In this document: piece after piece, positions 21,413-25,194 of the stretch
How positions within the stretch are numbered: the first letter of the stretch is position 1
Layout: each line of letters starts with the position of its first letter
Assembly: GCF_006345805.1 (NCBI RefSeq)
Contig: NW_021836207.1
Coordinates: 1-25,194 of the forward strand
Reading direction: 5' to 3'
Length of the DNA: 25,194 nucleotides
Source of the DNA: Octopus sinensis
Taxonomy: Eukaryota
Translations under genes and position numbers: made by a program
The notes under the pieces: model-generated
What the model was told of the DNA's origin: nothing
The model's input: the letters and a program-made list of their open reading frames with translations, nothing else
Database searches by the model: none

Positions 21413-21850
21413 TAGGTCCCGGGTTGAGTCGGGGTTAACCACAGTAAATAAGGTACTCAATACATAGCAGAGTAAAGTAATTTATTTTATAGAAGGAGCT
21501 TCTACAGGACTAGAACTGTTTCATTCAGATGAAATCTTCAGGAAGCTGGCTGTCAAAATAAGTTCTGGTATTTATGCATTTAGGCAGATTTAATGGGGTG
21601 TGGTGGGGGACGTTTTTTGGGTAGGTTGGTATTTAGGAGATAAACAGGGTACTAGCTATTGTTCTTAGGGGAGTGGTCAAAAGGCCAGAGTGTTTTCTGA
21701 AATGACTGATGCCTGAGGGTTGCATCAAGTGGCTTCTAGCAGTGGAAGCTTGAACTACAATGAGCTTGTCCCACAGAGAACATTTCCATTTTCCTTTGAG
21801 TACCCCCCGGCCTGTGTAGGATGTTTGAATTGGATCAAATAAATCCATGG
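21413..21850 (-). mobile_element. Probable Penelope-like element terminal fragment
   Basis: Carries a minimal type I hammerhead with a quasi-palindromic helix III, as known for Penelope-like pseudo-LTRs. Upstream on the minus strand only weak, disrupted coding-like text (NILHRPGGTQRKMEMF). Boundaries uncertain. Confidence 0.45.
21497..21547 (-). ncRNA. Type I hammerhead ribozyme motif
   Basis: Minus strand: AGCUUC CUGAAGA UUUCAUCUGAAU GAAA CAG UUCUAGUC CUG UA GAAGCU. It has a 6-bp stem I, the CUGANGA and GAAA cores, stem III ACAG/CUGU, a GUA cleavage triplet, and a short stem II UUC/GAA. Confidence 0.8.
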
Positions 21851-21854
21851 ATTG

Positions 21855-22000
21855 TGCCAAATACTGCTGTCAGCTTTGGCCTGGTTTCTGCAGTTGGATG
21901 CCCTTCCTAATGGCCACCACTTGACAGAGTGTACTGGGTACTTTTTACGTGGTACTGGCACTGGTGAGGTCAGCAAATAACTCGACAAGCCAAGGCCCCT
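21855..22000 (-). mobile_element. Family B fragment of the same subtype as the array host
   Basis: Minus reads CCAGTGCCAGTACCACGTAAAAAGTACCCAGTACACTCTGTCAAGTGGTGGCCATTAGGAAGGGCATCCAACTGCAGAAACCAGGCC. Confidence 0.75.
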
Positions 22001-22370
22001 CTCAGCTGAGTGGGGAAACTATACTGAGGGAGGTGGTTTTGTGTTGATTGATCGAGAATATGAAGTGTGAAAGGAGTGAGAGAAACAGGGGCCAGGCTGC
22101 AGGGAAGATAAATGGATGCTCCACATCTTATGAAGAAAGGAAAGAGAGGAGAGATGGTGTTATGATGTAGGGGCAGAAGCTAGAAAAGTGAGGGTGGATA
22201 CACAAACACACACAAAGTGTGCTTGTGCATATAGATACACACATGTATATATATACACACACACATACAAATATATTAGTATTTAATAAGTTTGATTCAA
22301 CTTAAAATTTCATAGCTTGTTACGTGAACCTATACAAATATATTCATACACACACACATATATATATATA

Positions 22371-22575
22371 TACACAAATACATTTATATATATATATACA
22401 CACACACAAATACATTTATATATATATATATACACACAAATACATTTATATATATATATATATATATACACACAAATACATTTATATATATACACACACA
22501 AATACATTTATATATATACACACACAAATACATTTATATATATACACACACAAATACATTTATATATATATATAC
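22371..22575. repeat. Microsatellite-derived minisatellite: 7 x (CA)n-AAATACATT-(TA)n, unit ~26-36 bp
   Basis: AAATACATTT recurs near 22377, 22408, 22438, 22474, 22500, 22526 and 22552. Confidence 0.9.
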
Positions 22576-23280
22576 CTATATATATAGCTATATATATATC
22601 TATATATATTTATATCTATATATATAGATATATATATTTATATCTATATATATATATACATACATACAAATACATATATATATATATATAAATACATACA
22701 CACACACACGTATCCATACACAACTGTTAATCTTCTATTCTCCAATATTGTTTGAATAAGATCACTTGAGCTCAAAATATTAGGGTGGGGATGGGGGAGG
22801 GCGAAAAATAGGAAATAGAAAAAAAAAAAAAATAAAGAGAGAAAAACAAAAACAACTATAAAAAAAAACACCCACTACAAAAACTTTCATTAAAAACCAA
22901 ATTATATGACAATGTTCAAATTTCTGTCCCACTTCACCCAACACAATGTCTTCAAGAGGCGCTCTCACACAAAAAACCAATTCCAAGACTGCCACACAGC
23001 AGCAGCAGGAGTAGTAACAACCTGTATTAATGAGGAGAGAGAGACAATTATTTCTAAGTGTTCGTTTTAGCTGAATGTTATTAACATTTCAAACAAGAAT
23101 CATTCAAAAAAACCATGAAGAATTGCTGTCATTCTGACGAGGACGCTTATCGCTTTCTGCAAACTTAGAAATTCTGACTTTCCTGTAACAATTTCTGGGT
23201 TTTATTAAACAGGAATTGTGGGTAATGGATTGTGGATGCAACAGATACCATTAACAAACATTTTTTTTATCTATATATAT

Positions 23281-23769
23281 ACTCTTTTACTCTTTTACTT
23301 GTTTCAGTCATTTGACTGCGGCCATGCTGGAGCACCGCCTTTTAGTCGAGCAAATCGACCCTGGGACTTATTCTTTTTGTAAGCCCAGTACTTATTCTAT
23401 CGGTCTCTTTTGCCGAACCGCTAAGTGACGGGGACGTAAACACACCAGCATCGGTTGTCAAGCAATGCTAGGGGGACAAACACAGACACACAAACATATA
23501 CACACACACACCACCTTCGAAACACGCTGGAGTTGAACTAAGGACAGCTGATGAAGGGGATTTTTCCTTGTGTAGTTGTCTAGTACTCTGTTTTTTCGTT
23601 GTTAAAAAAATGGTCCGTTCCATGCTGTTTTTACGTTTTCGTTTCTCGTTGAGTTCTGCATCTATTTGTGGTGTCCTGTACACACGTATATATATTTATA
23701 TATGCATGTATATATACATGTAGATGTAGGTACGAACATATATGTTTGTATGTATGCATATATTTATTA

Positions 23770-23803
<34 letters not shown>

Positions 23804-23965
23804 GACAGGCTTCTTTCAGTTTCCGTTTGCCAAATCCACTCACAAGGCTTTGGTCGGCCCGAGGCTATAGTAGAAGACACTTGCCCAAGATGTCATGCAG
23901 TGGGACTGAACCCGGAACCATGTGGTTGGTTAGCAAGCTACTTACCACACAGCCACTCCTGCGCC
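23281..23965 (-). mobile_element. Family A SINE, full length, with a foreign insert in its microsatellite linker
   Basis: Tail and body at 23281-23510, head at 23803-23965 (ends CACAGCCACTCCTGCGCC); non-SINE sequence at 23511-23680. Confidence 0.9.
23511..23680. mobile_element. Unclassified ~170-bp insert, possibly a Penelope-like terminal fragment
   Basis: Interrupts the SINE linker. Contains TTCGAAACAC and GGACAGCTGATGAAGG followed by a T-rich stretch. Confidence 0.35.
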
Positions 23966-24224
23966 TCCATATATATATATATATGTATTTTTTTTTTGTG
24001 ACAATTTTGTCCCAAGCCAAGCTTGAGGTCAGTGTAATATAAGAAACTGGAAAGAAGAGAAAGAGAAGGAGCCGAGGAATTTTATAAGATGTAGATTGAG
24101 AGAAAGTGTGAAAGAGTAAATATCTGGAAACCAGAGAAGAACGATGAGGATGGCTGAGAGTTCCACAGACCAGCAGTTTGAGGACAGAAGCTTTGAGAAT
24201 AAATGGAGCTGTGACTCACAGGGA

Positions 24225-24410
24225 GATAGCTGGATGGTTGGCTGGCTGGACAGATGGATAGTAAGACAGACAGACAGATAGATGGATGGACAGACAGACA
24301 GACAGACAGAGAGATAGATAGAGGGTTAGATTGATAGAGAGATAAATAGATGGATGGATGGAGGTATGGATAGTTAGACAGAGAGACAGATGGATGGACA
24401 GATGGACAGG
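24225..24410. repeat. (GATA)/(GACA)/(GATG) tetranucleotide tract
   Basis: Directly visible. Confidence 0.9.
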
Positions 24411-24680
24411 CCCTTTTGCAGATCCATTAAGTTACAGGGACATAAACGAACCAACATCAGCAATGGTGGCGGGGACAAACATAGGCATACACACACACAC
24501 ACACACACATACACATATATACAACAGGCTTCTTTCACTTTCTGTCTACCAAATCCATTTACAAGTCTTTGGTTGGCCCAAGGCTATAGCAGAAGACACT
24601 TGCCCAACGTACCACGCAGTGGGACTGAACCCAGGACCATATGGTTGGTAAGCAAGCTACTTACCACACAGCCAATCCTG
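24411..24680 (-). mobile_element. Family A SINE, head plus partial body
   Basis: CAACAGGCTTCTTTCAC...CACTTGCCCAA...GGGACTGAACCC...CTTACCACACAGCC, preceded by a body remnant. Confidence 0.85.
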
Positions 24681-24700
24681 AACTTAAATATATATATATA

Positions 24701-25000
24701 TCGGTGGCATGTAAAAAGCACCATCCGAACATGGCCGATACCAGTGCCGCCATGACTGGCTTCCGTGCCGGTGGCACGTTAAAAGCACCAACCGATCGTG
24801 GCCATTGGCAGCCTCCCCTAGCACGTAAAAAGCACCCACTACACTCACGGAGTGGTTGGCGTTAGGAAGGGCATCCAGCCGTAGAAACACTGTCAGATCA
24901 GACTGGAGCCTGGTGCAGCCCCTGGCTTCCCAGACCCCGGTCGAACCATCCAACCCATGCTAGCATGGAGAACGGACGTTAAACGATGATGATGATGATG
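24701..25000 (+). mobile_element. Family B GAT-tailed retroposon (young-looking copy)
   Basis: Three GCA(C/T)GT(A/T)AAAAGCACC subrepeats, GGAGTGGTTGGCGTTAGGAAGGGCATCCAGCC, CCAACCCATGCTAGCATGG, ACGGACGTTAAAC-(GAT)n. Confidence 0.9.
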
Positions 25001-25194
25001 ATATATATATATACACACACACATACATATATATACTTATATATGTATGTGTGTGTGTGTGTATATAGATATACGCACACATATGCATGAATATATGAAG
25101 ATGTGTATATCTATCAAAATAATATATGCATATATACAATATATATACACAGATACAAGACTATTTCTGTGTGTGTGTGTAGACGTGTTTGCGT
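25001..25194. repeat. (TA)/(CA)/(TG) microsatellite-rich tract
   Basis: Directly visible. Confidence 0.85.

Noticed and set aside
22946-23017. Short ORF MSSRGALTQKTNSKTATQQQQE
   Set aside because: Only 22 codons, with no supporting splice or homology evidence.
23511-23580. Second hammerhead (GAAACAC...GACAG-CTGATGA-AGGGGATTTTTCCTT-GTGTA-GTTGTC)
   Set aside because: The motifs are present but the connectivity is wrong: GAAA lies upstream and does not follow stem II, and stem I needs a bulge at the cleavage site. At best a remnant.

Overview
Eukaryotic, AT-rich DNA made almost entirely of repeats. The SINE families look like those of octopus/coleoid cephalopods (recognised from memory, not from a search). 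I find no supportable host protein-coding exon, and nearly all listed ORFs are artefacts of tandem repeats. Bases ~800-11200 are a ~10-kb array of 27-bp monomers with ordered higher-order repeats. It expanded inside a GAT-tailed retroposon (family B), which itself splits an old tRNA-derived SINE (family A), and a MULE-like MITE with a 10-bp TSD sits at the array's left edge. The other 14 kb is nested SINEs (working names A-D), MITEs and microsatellites. It also holds two features the ORF track misses: a decayed restriction-like endonuclease (RLE) C-terminus of an R4/Dong-type non-LTR retrotransposon (minus strand, split by a SINE), and a complete type I hammerhead ribozyme fold at 21497-21547 (minus) in a probable Penelope-like fragment. 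Most element boundaries are approximate to about 10-20 bp.
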